From assembly GCA_964016885.1 (NCBI GenBank), contig OZ024743.1, positions 43,462,001-43,526,000 of the forward strand: a stretch of DNA of 64,000 nt, read 5' to 3'. The notes beneath the pieces are model-generated. The model was not told the origin of the DNA and did no database searches. It saw nothing but the letters and a program-made list of their open reading frames with translations. Made by a program: the position numbers and the translations under genes. Positions 12,301-25,213 of the stretch are shown piece by piece. The stretch comes from Eledone cirrhosa. Lineage: Eukaryota. Within the stretch, counting starts at the first letter, position 1. Every line of letters starts with the position of its first letter.

Positions 12301-15006
12301 ATCCGCTAATCTCACACAGTCCCAGCATGCATCTAAGATCCCGTTCCAGTCGCCCACTAACACTAAAGAGCGGGACGTTCCAAGAAAGACCTCCAGACGC
12401 CGGAAGAAATCGGGCCATCCTGCTCCTGTCGAGGCATAGACGGCCTCAAGCCTGAAAGCTTTCCCGTCTCCGCTGGTCACGTCCAGCAACACCAACTTAC
12501 CCTCTGGGTCCAGGAGGATGGCCCGTATGGCGAGATCCAAACCTCTCCGAAAAAGCACAGCAATTCCTCCTCCCGATCCAGGACGGCTGGGAGATGCGTA
12601 GACATCGTAGCCGCGGAAGATCGGTGAGAAGGCCCGTGCTTCGGAGATTCTGGTCTCACCGATGGCCACTACATCTATGTTTAGTGACCTGAGGTTGTTG
12701 AGCAGGTGGCCCTGCTTCCATGACGACCCCAAGCCACGCGCGCTATGCTGCCTATTCTGAGTGAGGTCATGTTGAAAAGGAGTGGAAAAGATGGGAAAGA
12801 CCACTTACCTTACTTCTCGTAGAGGAAGGACGGTTTTTCCATCCTTTTCACTGCTTGTGGCCTCCCCAGGAAGGATGTCCTTATAAATCCTCCTGGAGAG
12901 TGCTTGTCGGAAGTCTCCGATGTCTTTGGAGAATTTTCGTTTTAGTGTCATGTACGTTTTCTGTGTGATGCGAGTGATTTGTATGAGTGGAGGCGGTGTG
13001 AATTTTTGGGTTGTTGTGTAGTCTTTTTCTGTGATGCTGGTGTTGTGTTGGATGTAGTGTAATAATTGCTTGTTGTTCAAATTTAATGCTGTGTAGTGTG
13101 TATCGTTTTGGTTGTTTTGTTTTGTTGGCGTTTGTTGTAGGGTTTGTTTCTGTTTCGCATTTGGTGACTTTTGTGGGGTAGGTGATGGTGGTGTTGGGGT
13201 TAATGATGGTGATGGTGTTGGTGTTTGGGTTGATGGGGTTGATGATGCTGGTGTGGATGGTGGCATATCTGTCCTAACTTTTTTTATTTCTTAATTTATT
13301 TGTTTCCCTCTGTATTTTGTTTTTGGAGGGGTAAGGAAGAGAATGTTTTCTTTTTTGGTTTCTTTTTTTTTTCCTGATACCGTTTCCCACTCCTCGTCGT
13401 CACAATCTGTCTCCAGTTGTGATAGGCCGGGGAGTGGAAAATCTTCCACAGGCGTTAGTTTTGGTTGTGGCGTGGTGGATGGTGTAGGCGCTGGTGCTAG
13501 TTCTGAAGCGTTGGGTGGTGGAGGTGTTGGTTTTGCTGGTGGTGGTGGTGTTGGTTTTGCTACTGTTGCTGGGATGTTGCTGTTATAGTTGCTTCTGTTG
13601 TTGCTGCTACAGTTGTTGCTGCCATCTCTGCTACTGGTGGTGTTGATGGTTGTGTCACTGGGGTGGGTAGGAGATGTGGCCTCAACCTTTTAGCCTGAGG
13701 ACAGAAAGCCCTTAGGTGGGTTCCTTCACCACAAACGACACACCTAGGCCTTCTGCCCTCGACAATTACGGTGAGGTGGCTGCCGTCAGTGAGGTCTATT
13801 ACCTCTGGGATGTCCTCAATGCTTTTTTGGTCCGCTTGGATCAGGAGCTCCATTCCAAATCCGGACCAGTTCTCCTGTTTTTCTTTTGCTATTGCTATTA
13901 TCTTTGTGTTGGCTTCGATGCCGGCGAGGACGGCCGCTATTAGCCAGGGAATTTCGATGGCCGGTGGAATGTGGGTCACCCTGATCTTTACGAGTCTCTG
14001 GCCACAATAGCTTGGGACGAGTGTGAAGTCGTCACATCTTAATGGGGCCATGGGGTGTTCTCTAGTCTCCTCTGGCTTTTCAAAGAACACGTCCACGGTT
14101 CCATACTTCTGCCCACGTCTGATGTGGGTTTTTCTTGCCCACACATGTCCCAAAGCTTTTTGGATTTGGGACTCGGATGCCCGTTCCACTCGGCGCGATT
14201 TTACATTTATTGTTCGATACGACACGGTGCATAGGCGCCGATGCTCCATTTTATTAGGTGTGGGGGGGGGGGGGGAGGCTGACCCTGTACCCATCTTTCT
14301 TTACCATTTGTTTGGCATTTTCTATTTCCTCCTGAGTTACCGTAAATGCTTCGCACTGTTTTGCTACTCTGGCAAAACTCAGGGTGGTTTTTTTAATGTC
14401 ATTGTTGTTGTTGTTGCTATCGTTATTTTTGTTATTATTAATTTTAGTTTAAGTTGTGGTGGTGGTGACGTCAGTGAAGTTCGGTTTGGGAGAGTCCATT
14501 TTGGTTGAAAATATTTCGACATCACGAGTTGATTAATTTTTTCCTTTTGTTTCTGTTGTCGCGGTGGTGGTAGGGGTGGTGGTTGTCGCAGTGGTGGTGG
14601 TGGTGGCGGCTTTAACAACTGCAGTCATTGGTAATGGCGGGAAATGAATGTCTGCCTGAGACAAATTTAAAATATTGCTAGTGCTTAAATTGTTTGTGTT
14701 GGCAGACGTAGTATCATTTACAATGGTGGTGTCGGTGTGAGCTGTTAATTTGTGAGAAAGGCTTTCAGCTGCTTGGTGCAGTGGTGAATTAGCCATTTTT
14801 TTTTCAAAGAAATTGTTTGATAATCATCAAAGTTTAAATTTTGGGCACAAGGCCCCAATCTTTTTGGGTGTCCTTTTCGGAAAACAATGTATGTGCGCTT
14901 ATATATAGTTAACAATAAAAATTTTCCATAAATGGCAATTTTTAACAAACGGAAATAACAAACCTTTGCGGAGCTCACGATGATACGATTTACTACGTAG
15001 GTCGCC
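9367..15006 (-). mobile_element. Tx1/L1-group non-LTR retrotransposon copy 1 (full-length ends, decayed ORFs)
   Basis: ORF1 with CX2CX4HX4C (13560-14294) and APE-RT fragments (11872-12804, 11258-11785, 9891-10310). A ~0.23-kb deletion near 10825 removes YADD. AATAAA at the 3' end; (AAT)n on both flanks. Confidence 0.92.
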
Positions 15007-15043
<37 letters not shown>

Positions 15044-15078
15044 GGGAAGGTACGCACATGGTGGATAGAGTGTTATGC

Positions 15079-15565
15079 AATCGCTCCCGTAACTTTTGGA
15101 TTTTTTACATATTTAAAACAATTGTGATAGAATAATTCTTATTACAAATGGAACATAATATACCAGTTTTCCGTCTCAGGAAATGACAACGCATCACATT
15201 ATGGCATATGGCTCCAATATGCAATATTTAATTTTGTATCAGAAATTTTATAGTCAAAAAAAGAAAATGATTACAAACAACAGCCAAATAAATTCACCAC
15301 CAACACAACCACCGGCGCCGCCACCATCACCACTATCACAAGCAAAATACAAACCAAAGGCTGCAGCATCACCATCACTATAGTACTACTATCCCGCCAC
15401 CACCGACACCACTACCCCATCGCTACCGCCACTATTCCCTCACTCCCTCCTTTTAAGAGAGAGATGGTAATAGTGTCACTACAGATGAATAGAAGCGAGG
15501 AAGGCATCAAAAAGATATAAATAGACTGATTTAGTGACCCGGTCAAACAGATAACAACATCAACA
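15079..15565 (+). repeat. Unclassified repeat module X (copy 1), upstream of R4/Dong copy 1
   Basis: aatcgctcccgtaa.ttttg.attttt.acatatttaaa start, CAC-rich middle and gatataaataga.tga.ttagtgacc end are shared with 31478-32165. Confidence 0.65.
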
Positions 15566-15949
15566 CCAAAATTATTATTGTTGTTGTATCTCTAAACTCT
15601 CTCAAAATATTTAGTTTAAACGATGTCAAATCTAAACTATAGTAAAATAATAATAATAAGCAACAAGTCGAAAGATTATAGAACAGAAAACAGACAAAAA
15701 CAAGTCCAACAACAACCAATTTCAAGAGTTTTGAACGCAACAACCCCTAGTTCCCAATAGCTAACATCAAAAACAGCAGCAGCTGCAGCAACAACACTAG
15801 TAACTGATGTTACTGGCCTTAAACAACGAAAAACGTGAATGAAAAAAACAAACAAACAAAAAAGTCACACATTCAAACATTACCAAGAAACTTATGTTTA
15901 TTTTTTTAAGTTTTCATATATCTCTTTGTTTATTTATTTATGTTCATCT

Positions 15950-18900
15950 ACGCTAAAATCACCGTGGGTGATGAAATCACTGGGGGTGATGAAATCACCG
16001 GTGGTTATGTAACCATACATTCACCAATCCTCGATATGAGTATTTAAATGTCGAACCTAAACAGTTCGAATAACGGTGAAGAGGAGACTGGAATGTCATG
16101 TGACAGACTCTCAACCAGCAAGTGCCCCTTGGCCCAGCAGCAGGGACCTGGCTGTCATCCAAATTCTGCTGGTGTTGGAGGAAGATGAAGAAGGAAATGG
16201 ACAAGAACCAACTGGACGAAAGAATTGAATAGAACTGTCACGGAATGTTACCTGAAGTTTAATCCCAAGGAAACGGATGCATAACATCTGGAACGAGATT
16301 GGTCTATTTAAATTAGATGAACAAAAATTTGCCAGGCATGCTCGGGTAATATGAACTAATGGTTGGATAAGCGAGTTGGAACAGAAGGAACTGAGCAGAA
16401 AGATTAGGTTAGAAATGGAGAGTGGAGTATGCCAGACAAATGAGCCAGTGGGAAATGAAGGGGAAGAGGTTGAGAGAACGGAGAAAGCATCCGAAGCAGA
16501 CAAAGATATGGATGCTGAAATAAGTAACATCTGGAACAAAGATACGGCCATTGAGGAAATGAATGCTGACGGGCTAGGACAAGATTTGGTTGATATCCTA
16601 AACTTAGTGGTAGATGAAATGATAAATGATAGTGGGAAACCTATGAACCTAAGATTTGTAGACAGGAAGAAGTTAAAAGAAACAACAGCTAAGGTAAACA
16701 AAGTCATCCCATACCTTTAGGCGAGGAGCATTATCCTCAAAGCAACAGCAAATGCGGTGAGGAAATTACTTGGCATAAAAATGAGAGGAAACATCAAACA
16801 AGAAAGATTAGAACCTTGGTGGAAGAAACGACTGAATGGTCAAATCAGGGAAATGAGAAATGATATTGGAAAGCTTGTGTCCCTACTGAATGGGACATTA
16901 TAAAACATAGACACGAAAAATAGACTGGAAATAAAGTACACAACTAGGAGGAAAAAGCTAAATATCATCATAGAGGAACTGAAGCAACGCACTGTAGCAA
17001 AGAGTGCAAAGATTAGGCGATATGAGAGCAGAGTCGGTCAGTATAGACAGAACCGCATGTTTCACAACAACCAGAGATGTTGTTTGGACAGCTTGAAGGG
17101 AAAGAAAGAGGCAACGACTTGATCCCTGCGGCGGAACAGACTAAGACATTCTGGAGAGTAATATGGGAGCAGGATGTTGAACATAATAATCGGTCAGTGT
17201 GAATTGAGACAGTTCAAAAGGAGATAAGTCAACAAGCACACCAACAAAAAGATTTGAGTATCACAGTTGAAATTCTTAAAGGGCAGGCCAAAAAATTAAC
17301 CAACTGGAAATCATCAGGCCCAAATGGTTTGCAGGGGGTATTGGATCAAAAATATAATATCCCTCCACCCGAAACTGACAACCATGTTCAATGACTGCTT
17401 GATGAGTGTGAGGTACCAGAGTTGTTTACAAAATGTACCACAGTTCTGGTAATGAAAGACCGAATCAAGGGTAATGATGTTACCAACTATAGACCTATCA
17501 CATGTCTGTCCGTAATGTGGAAACTGTTAACAAGCATTGTGTCTGAGGAAATCTACCATCACCTCCACATAAACAACTTGTTACCGGACGAACAGAAAGG
17601 ATGCAGAAAGAAGTCCCGTGGTACAAAAGACCAGTTACTTATTGATAAGATGGTAATGAACAATTGCAAGAGGAGACACACTGGTCTTGCCATGGGATGG
17701 ATAGATTACAAAAAGGCATTCGACATGGTTCCTCATTCTTGTATAACCAAAAGCCTAGATATCTTCAAGTTGGCAAATAACATCAGACAGTTGTTGAGCA
17801 AAAGTATGAAATCCTGGGAAACAGATTTAATATCGGGTGAGAATCATTCGGAGGCGTGAAGATCAAGAGAGGTGTCTTCCAGGGAGATAGTTTGTCCCCT
17901 CTGCTGTTTGTCCTTGCCCTGATGCCCCTGTTCGTTATATTGCGAAAACTGAGAGCTGGATACAAGTTGGGAAAAGGAGAGCTTACCATCAACCACCTCC
18001 TCTTCATGGACGATCTTACACTCTTTGGGAAGAGTGAGAAGGAGTTGGATGTACTTGTTGACACTGGCCTTATTTTCAGCAATGATATATGTATGCAATT
18101 TGGTATTAAAAAGTGTGGAGTCCATGTGATGAAGTGGGGTAAATTGAGCAGAAGCAACGGAATCCAGGTACCAACAGGTGAGATGAGAAAGGAAATTGAC
18201 ACTGAAGAAGGATACAGATATTTAGATGTTCTGGAGGCAGATGACATCAAGAACAAAAAAAATGAAGGAATCGATGAGATCTGAGTACATAAGGAGAGTA
18301 AAGAGCGTATTAAAATCACATCTAAATAGTAGGAATGTCATAAGTGCAGTGAATTCCCGAGCTGTGTCTATTTTTAGGTACAGTGCGGGAATTCTGAAAT
18401 GGAATGTTGCTGTGCAAAAAGAAATGGATAGGAAGACGAGGAAGCTATTGACTATCTACATGTTCCACAATAGGAGTGATGTCGATAGACTCTACTTAAA
18501 CATATCTGAAGGTGGAAGAGGTCTTATCAGCATAGAGGACTGTGTTCAGATGGAGAAAAGCAACCTGCACAAATACGTGACTGACAGTAGGGAGCCAATG
18601 GTCAGAATTGTACTGAAGGAGAGGACAATCGACCAGGGTATGTCCAAGGAGGAAATAACAACGAGGAGGAAATGCAACCTTCATGAAATATGCCTTCATA
18701 TTACCTTCTTTAAGAAAACTGAATTTAGGGATCCACAGACATGGAACTGGTTAAAAAGAGGGACCTTAAAAAAGCTACAGAAGGAATGCTAATGGCTGCG
18801 CATATTACAAGGAGGAGGTTAGACCACTGTGCAGGATATGTGGAGAGAGAGAGGAGACTTTGGCTCACATTGTATCCGAGTGTAAAACCTAGCCCAGACA

Positions 18901-19473
18901 CACTATAAATGCTGGAGACATGGTGTGATGGGCAGGGTGATCCACTGGCACCAATGCAAAGTAAACAATTTACCATATTCTGAGCAATGGTATGAGCAGA
19001 AGCCAGAGTCGGTGATAGAAAACGATTAGGTGAAGGTGCTATGGGATTTTAGGATATAGACAGACAAGAAACTGGAACACAATAGGCCTGACCTGGTGGT
19101 TTTGAACAAGAAAAAAAATCGTGCCTGATTGTAGATGTAGCATGCCCATTTGACACGAGAGTGCAAGAAAAGGTGAGGGAGAAAATTAACCGATACCAAG
19201 ACTTAAAGTGGGAGGTAAACAGGATTTGGAACTGCCGTGAAGTCAGAGTCGTCCCGATTGTCATAGGCGCACTTATTACTATCTCAAAGAGTTTCCAAGG
19301 ATGGTTACAAAATTAGTCCAGCCCCGCTTTTTGGAACACTTCAAAAGGCATGCTTGCTGGGAACAACAAGAACACTCCGTATGTCTTGAATATCTGAGGC
19401 TGAAGGTAGCGGCTTGATATTCAGTTCAACAAACTTTCCAGTTAACTAACATCAATGATTGAGACTCAAAGAA
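15950..19473 (+). mobile_element. R4/Dong-like non-LTR retrotransposon copy 1 (frameshifted, decayed)
   Basis: [38 protein letters not shown] in ORFs 17422-18792; RLE remnants (RPD..., VDVACP, KINRYQDL) near 19080-19210; 3' end joins (AAT)n. 5' boundary approximate. Confidence 0.88.
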
Positions 19474-19474
19474 C

Positions 19475-19523
<49 letters not shown>

Positions 19524-19819
19524 TTTTCTTTATTAACCACAAGGGTTCACATAAAGTAGACATTAAGGACAGTACAGGACAATACAGGACGGTACAAATG
19601 GGCATTTCTGCGTGTAAAAAAACAGAGGTTGAAATAAAAATAACAAAGAAAAATTCCCCAATAGGGGGGAGACTTCCAAGGGACATTTGTGGAGAAAGCC
19701 CATTAAAAGACCACAGTGGCCCTGACCACCAGGGCAAGTGCCCTCTCCCAGTTTTCCACCTTTAATTTACAGACACATACTCAGAGAAGGCCCATTCATT
19801 CGGGCCATACTTGCTTCTC

Positions 19820-22800
19820 TCACCCATCTTTCAACAAAAGCTGGGAAGAGAGCACTTCCCTCTCTACCCTGATTTTCCTTTTCAAATGAAATTTGAAAAA
19901 GTTAATCAGGGCATCACCGAAGAGGTAAGTGCTCGTCTTCAGCCCTTTCAAACGTGTCCACCATACTATCTCTTTCGCCATGGCCACCAGACAGATAAAA
20001 ACTGCCTGCCCTTCCAGGCTAAAGGAAGGGGGCGGGGCAATCCTCACGATGGACTCAGCTGATAGCTGGATCCGTCCTACACGTGACAGCAGGTGTTCGA
20101 CATAAACCCACAAGTCAGCAATGCTCGGACACTGGACGAGTGCGTGCAGGATGGTTTCGTCGCCCTGCGCGCATCTCGGACATGCCCGGCTGACGGCACC
20201 TCCATGCCTGTAGAGTTTATCCCGAACTGGCAAAGCTCCTCGGTAGCACTGCCATGCCAGGGATTTCTGGAAGTTGTCCATAGGCCCCGGCCCTAAAGTC
20301 CTTCCGAAGAGATTGGCTAGTTGATTTTCGTCGACGCCTAGAGTTTCTCCAAGTACGTCGTCGCTCTTCCCCTCCACTAATCCCCTATAGAACGCCAAGG
20401 TGGAGTTTCCACCGATTACATTGCCCGATTGGTCGAGGGCTGTGAGCGCCTGAAGACATTCCAGTCTCCAAGCGCTCCCTCTCGGTCTTCGCTTGACCCA
20501 GTACTGCAGCTCCGTCAAGGAGACGAGCTGGGGAAAAACGTGTCTTGCAAACGGCAACCACACCTGATCACCGTCGAGGAAGAGGTGGAGATGTCGTAGC
20601 CTGAGCGCGTGTCTGCGCATCATCAGCCACGGCATGCCCAGCCCTCCACGTAGCGGGTGTTGACAGCAGATGGACCGCCTGACCATCGGAGCGCGTCCCT
20701 TCCACAATAAGCGAAAGAGCAAACGCTCCAGCGCAGTCAGGCGGGGCTTAGGACAAGGTACGACGGTCAGGCGGTAGTAGATGACGGATGCGATGTACGC
20801 ATTCGTCACCTCCGCTCGACCTTTCAGGGATAGCTTCCTCTCCGCCCATTTCTGGGTGAGAGAAGCCACCCTGCTCGTCACCTCGTCCCAGTTTTTGTCC
20901 GTCTGGAGGTCTGGACCGAACCAGACCCCTAGCAATTTAACCGGTCCGTCCGTCCAGCGCCCGACGACGCTGTTGGACGGCATGGACCTGCCTCTCCAGG
21001 TGCCGAGCTGCAGGCCCACTGACTTTTCCTGGTTGATCATTGCTCCTGTCACCGCTTCGTATTCTCTTAGTGTAGTGCCGATCGCCTCGATGTGTTTGGC
21101 GTTCGACACCACTACGGTGACATCGTCGGCATATGCTGACACGGATCTTCCGCATCCTAGTTCGCGCGGGACCCCCTTCAACGTCTCCAGTTTGTGCAGT
21201 AATGGCTCGAGAGTCAATACGTACAATAGGGACGAGAGGGGACATCTTTGGCGGACCGAGCGCATGATGTTGAACGGTTCCGAAAGGTGACCGTTCACTC
21301 TCACTACAGAGCAGATGTCGCTGTGCATGGCAGCGATCCAGCCTCTGATGACGGGCCCAAAGCCAGCCGCCCTCAGGACTGCCGTTAGGTAACGATGGTC
21401 GACCCTATCGAAGGCTTTCGACTGATCTAAATTGATCAAAGACCCACCCGTGCCAGGTTCCCTAGCTACCCTCTCTACGATGTATCGCATGAGGTGGAGG
21501 TTGTCGTGGATGGATCTGTCGGGAATGGCGCATGTCTGTGCCTCTCCCACCAGACCACCAACGACAAGCTCCAACCTCTTTGCTAGCACCTTGGCCAAAA
21601 TCTTGAACTCTGTGTTTAGCAGAGTTATGGGCCTAAAATTATCTATGTGATCCCCCTTGTTCGGATCCTTTCTCAGCAGTGCCACCGCTCCTCGGCTCAC
21701 AGAGCTGGGAATTCTCCCGTTCTGTTGCCAGTTGCAGTAGACGTCCGCCAAGAGGCCTCCGAACAAGTTTGGCATTTGTACGTAAAGTTCATAGGGCAGA
21801 CCATCCAGACCAGGCGATTTACCACTTGTGCAACTAGTCATTGCATCCCTTACTTCAGCGGTTGTTATCGGCTTTTCGCAACACCTCGCCTCAGTGGCCG
21901 AAAGCCGCGGCAGTCCGTCGAGGTAGACACTAAAGTCCATCCCTCGATCCGGCCCGCCACTGCCCCCGAACAGTTGAGCGAAGTGTCGCTGAAAAGCTTC
22001 ACACATTTGCCCGGGATCGAGTAGCATGCGCCCGTCGTGGTCCACCAAAGACCGGATCGTGGCTTTGTTGCCACGACGCGCCTCCGCCACTCGGGCCCAT
22101 TGAACGGCTTTCGTCCCCTCGTGTCTGAGAGCACGCACCCTAGCTCTGACAACGCAGCCTTCGTGCTTTGCATTGAAGAATTGGTCAAGGGCCAATTTCG
22201 CCGCAAGTACGTCGGTCGCGATGCCTTTGCTAAGCGCCTCATCTAATTTTCTAACTAATTCTCCCTCTGCTCTATTTTTCTCTATTGCTAAAGTCTCACT
22301 AAACCTAATGGACTCTATTCTAATTGCTCTTTTCAGAGCAAACCACCACTTGTTGTTGACGATGGCCCCCGTCAACGCCCGCTTAACTAGTTCGCTAATC
22401 CGGTCTCTGTAGGCCTTGCGCGCTGGTAAGGACGCGTTTAGCTTCCAGTAGCCGGGTCCTCGTCTATGAAGCCTATCTAAGTCAAGCACACAGATCACGA
22501 ATTTGTGGTCCGTGTAGCTGACTATCTTGAATTGTGGACAGCCTATGCTAGACCTATCTATTTCCCTACAAAATACTCTATCTAGATATGATCTGGATGA
22601 CCCTATGCGATTTGTCCAAGTCCACATTGGTACATTCGGGAAATCCATTCGGTACCTGTCAGACAGTTCAAAACGTCTGAGCAGTTTGGTGAGACTCTTG
22701 CACCCTCCTTCCCTATCCACTAATCCCACACAATCCCAGCGTGCATCTAAGATCCCGTTCCAGTCGCCCACTAACATTAAAGAGCGGGACGTTCCAAGAA

Positions 22801-23185
22801 AGGTCTCCAGACGCCGGAAGAAATCAGGCCGCCCTGCTCCTGTCGGGGCATAGACGGCTACTAACCTGAAAGCTTGCCCGTCTCCGCTGGTCACGTCCAG
22901 CACCACCAACTTACCTTCTGGGTCCAGGAAGATGGCCCGTATGGCAAGATCCAAACCTCTCCGAAAAAGCACAGCAACTCCTCCCCCCGATCCCGGACGG
23001 CTGGGAGATGCGTACACATCGTAGCCGCCTAAGATCGGTGCGAAAGCCTGTGCTTCGGAGATTCTGGTCTCGCTGATGGCCACTACATCTATGTTTAGTG
23101 ACCTGAGGTCGTTGAGCAGGTGGCCCTGCTTCCATGACGACCCCAAGCCACGCGCATTTATGCTGCCTATTCTGAGTGAGGTCAT
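19820..23185 (-). CDS. ORF2: APE endonuclease - reverse transcriptase - CCHC finger
   Basis: INARG, ISET, VYAP, GDWN, SYLDR, TDH; SPGLDG, NFRPITLLN, DQSKAFD, YADD; CPRC..H..C. The QG motif is altered (RQRCPLS) and there is a 1-nt deletion near the C-terminus relative to copies 1 and 3. Confidence 0.93.
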   Translation of the reverse strand: MTSLRIGSINARGLGSSWKQGHLLNDLRSLNIDVVAISETRISEAQAFAPILGGYDVYASPSRPGSGGGVAVLFRRGLDLAIRAIFLDPEGKLVVLDVTSGDGQAFRLVAVYAPTGAGRPDFFRRLETFLGTSRSLMLVGDWNGILDARWDCVGLVDREGGCKSLTKLLRRFELSDRYRMDFPNVPMWTWTNRIGSSRSYLDRVFCREIDRSSIGCPQFKIVSYTDHKFVICVLDLDRLHRRGPGYWKLNASLPARKAYRDRISELVKRALTGAIVNNKWWFALKRAIRIESIRFSETLAIEKNRAEGELVRKLDEALSKGIATDVLAAKLALDQFFNAKHEGCVVRARVRALRHEGTKAVQWARVAEARRGNKATIRSLVDHDGRMLLDPGQMCEAFQRHFAQLFGGSGGPDRGMDFSVYLDGLPRLSATEARCCEKPITTAEVRDAMTSCTSGKSPGLDGLPYELYVQMPNLFGGLLADVYCNWQQNGRIPSSVSRGAVALLRKDPNKGDHIDNFRPITLLNTEFKILAKVLAKRLELVVGGLVGEAQTCAIPDRSIHDNLHLMRYIVERVAREPGTGGSLINLDQSKAFDRVDHRYLTAVLRAAGFGPVIRGWIAAMHSDICSVVRVNGHLSEPFNIMRSVRQRCPLSSLLYVLTLEPLLHKLETLKGVPRELGCGRSVSAYADDVTVVVSNAKHIEAIGTTLREYEAVTGAMINQEKSVGLQLGTWRGRSMPSNSVVGRWTDGPVKLLGVWFGPDLQTDKNWDEVTSRVASLTQKWAERKLSLKGRAEVTNAYIASVIYYRLTVVPCPKPRLTALERLLFRLLWKGRAPMVRRSICCQHPLRGGLGMPWLMMRRHALRLRHLHLFLDGDQVWLPFARHVFPQLVSLTELQYWVKRRPRGSAWRLECLQALTALDQSGNVIGGNSTLAFYRGLVEGKSDDVLGETLGVDENQLANLFGRTLGPGPMDNFQKSLAWQCYRGALPVRDKLYRHGGAVSRACPRCAQGDETILHALVQCPSIADLWVYVEHLLSRVGRIQLSAESIVRIAPPPSFSLEGQAVFICLVAMAKEIVWWTRLKGLKTSTYLFGDALINFFKFHLKRKIRVEREVLSSQLLLKDG

Positions 23186-23219
23186 GTTGAAAAGGAGTGG
23201 AAAAGATGGGAAAGACCAC

Positions 23220-25213
23220 TTACCTTACTTCTCGTAGGGGAAGGACGGCTTTTCCATCCTTTTCACTGCTTGTGGCCTCCTCAGGAAGGATGTCCTTATA
23301 AATCCTCCTGGAGAGTGCTTGTCGGAAGTCTCCGATGTCTTTGGGGAATTTTTGTTTTAGTGTCATGTACGTTTTCTGTGTGATGCGAGTGATTTGTATG
23401 TGTGGAGGTGGTGTGAATTTCGGGGTTGTTGTGTAGTCTTTTTTCTGTGATGCTGGTGTTGTGTTGGATGTAGTGTAATAATTGCTTGTTGTTCAAATTT
23501 AATGCTGTGTAGTGTGTATCGTTTTGGTTGTTTTGTTTTGTTTGCGTTTGTTGTGGGTTTGTTTCTGTTTCGCATTTTGGTGACTTTTGTGGTGTAGGTG
23601 ATGGTGGTGTTGGAGTTAATGATGGTGATGGTGTTGGTGTTTGGGTTGATGGGGTTGGTGATGCTGGTGTGGATGGTGGCATATCTGTCCTAACTTTTTT
23701 GTTTCTTAGTTTATTTGTTTCCCTCTGTATTTTGTTTTTTGGAGGGGGAAGGAAGAGAATTTTTTTCTTTTTTGGTTTCTTTTTTTTTCCGGATATCGTT
23801 TCCCACTCCTCGTCGTCACAATCTGTCTCCAGTTGTGATAGGCCGGGGAGTGGAAAATCCTCCACAGCCGTTAGTTTTGGTTGTGGTGTGGTGGATGGTG
23901 TAGGCGCTGGTGCTAGTTCTGAAGCGTTGGGTGGTGGTGGTGTTGGTTTTGCTGGTGGTGGTAGTGGTATTGGTTTTGCTACTGTTGTTGGGTTGTTGCT
24001 GTTATAGTTGCTTCTGTTGTTGCTGCTACAGTTGTTGCTGCCATCTCTGCTACTGGTGGTGTTGATGGTTGTGTCACTGGGGTGGGTAGGAGAGGTGGCC
24101 TCAACCTTTTAGCCCGAGGGCAGAAAGCCCTTAGGTGGGTTCCTTCACCACAAACGACACACCTAGGTCTTCTGCCCTCGACAATTACCGTGAGGTGGCT
24201 GCCGTCAGTGAGGTCTATTACCTCTGGGATCTCCTCAATGCTTTTTTGGTCCGCTTGGATCAGGAGCTCCATCCCAGATCCGGACCAGTTTTCCTGCTTT
24301 TCTTTTGCTACTGCTATTATTTTCGTGTTGGCTTCGATGCCGGCGAGGACAGCCGCTATTAGCCAGGGAATTTCGATGGCCGGTGGAACGTGGGTCACCC
24401 TGATCTTTACGAGTCTCTGGCCACAATAGCTTGCGACGAGTGTGAGGTCGTCACTTTTTAATGGGGCCATGGAGTGTTCTCTAGCCTCCTCTGGTGTTTC
24501 AAAGAACACATCCACGGTTCCATACTTTTGCCCACGTCTGATGTGGGTTTTTCTTGCCCACACATGTCCCAAAGCTTTTTGGATTTGGGACTCGGATGCC
24601 CGTTCCACTCGGCGCGATTTTACATTTATTGTTCCATACGACACGGTGCACAGGCGCCGATGCTCCATTTTATTAGGTGGGGGGGTGAGGCTGACCCTTT
24701 ACCCATCTTTCTTTACCATTTGTTTGGCATTTTCTAAATCTTCTTGAGTTACCGTGAACGCTTCGAATTGTTTTGCTACGATGGCGAAACTGAGGGTCGG
24801 TTTCATAATGTCATTGTTGTTGTTGTTGCTATCGTTATTTGTGTTAATCTTAATTTTTGTTTCAGTTGTGGTGGTGGTGTCGTCATTCGTCTTTGGTGCG
24901 GAAGAGTCCATTTTGCTTAATTTCATTTCGACATCACGAGTTAATTTATTTTTTTCTTCTTTTGTTTCTGTTGTCGCAGTGGTGGTGGGGGTGGTGGTTG
25001 TCGCGGTGGTGGTGGTGGTGGAGGTTTTAACACTGCAGTCATTGGTAATGGCGGGAAATGAATGTCTGCCTGTGACAAATTTAAAATATTGCTACTGCTT
25101 ATATTTTTTTTTGTGTTGGCAAATGTAGTAACATTTACAATGGTGGTGTCGGTGTGAGGTGTTATTTTGTGAGGAAGGCTTTCAGCTGCTTCGTGCAGAG
25201 GGGAATTAGCCAT
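23220..25213 (-). pseudogene. ORF1 (gag-like, zinc knuckle CVVCGEGTHLRAFC) of Tx1 copy 2, broken by frameshifts/stops
   Basis: Consecutive ORF pieces 24941-25213, 24699-24926, 23979-24668, 23296-23865, homologous to copy 1 ORF1. Confidence 0.8.

Noticed and set aside
15957-16012. Three short aatcac..ggtgatg tandem units resembling an array
   Set aside because: No spacers, only three units, eukaryotic context; not CRISPR.
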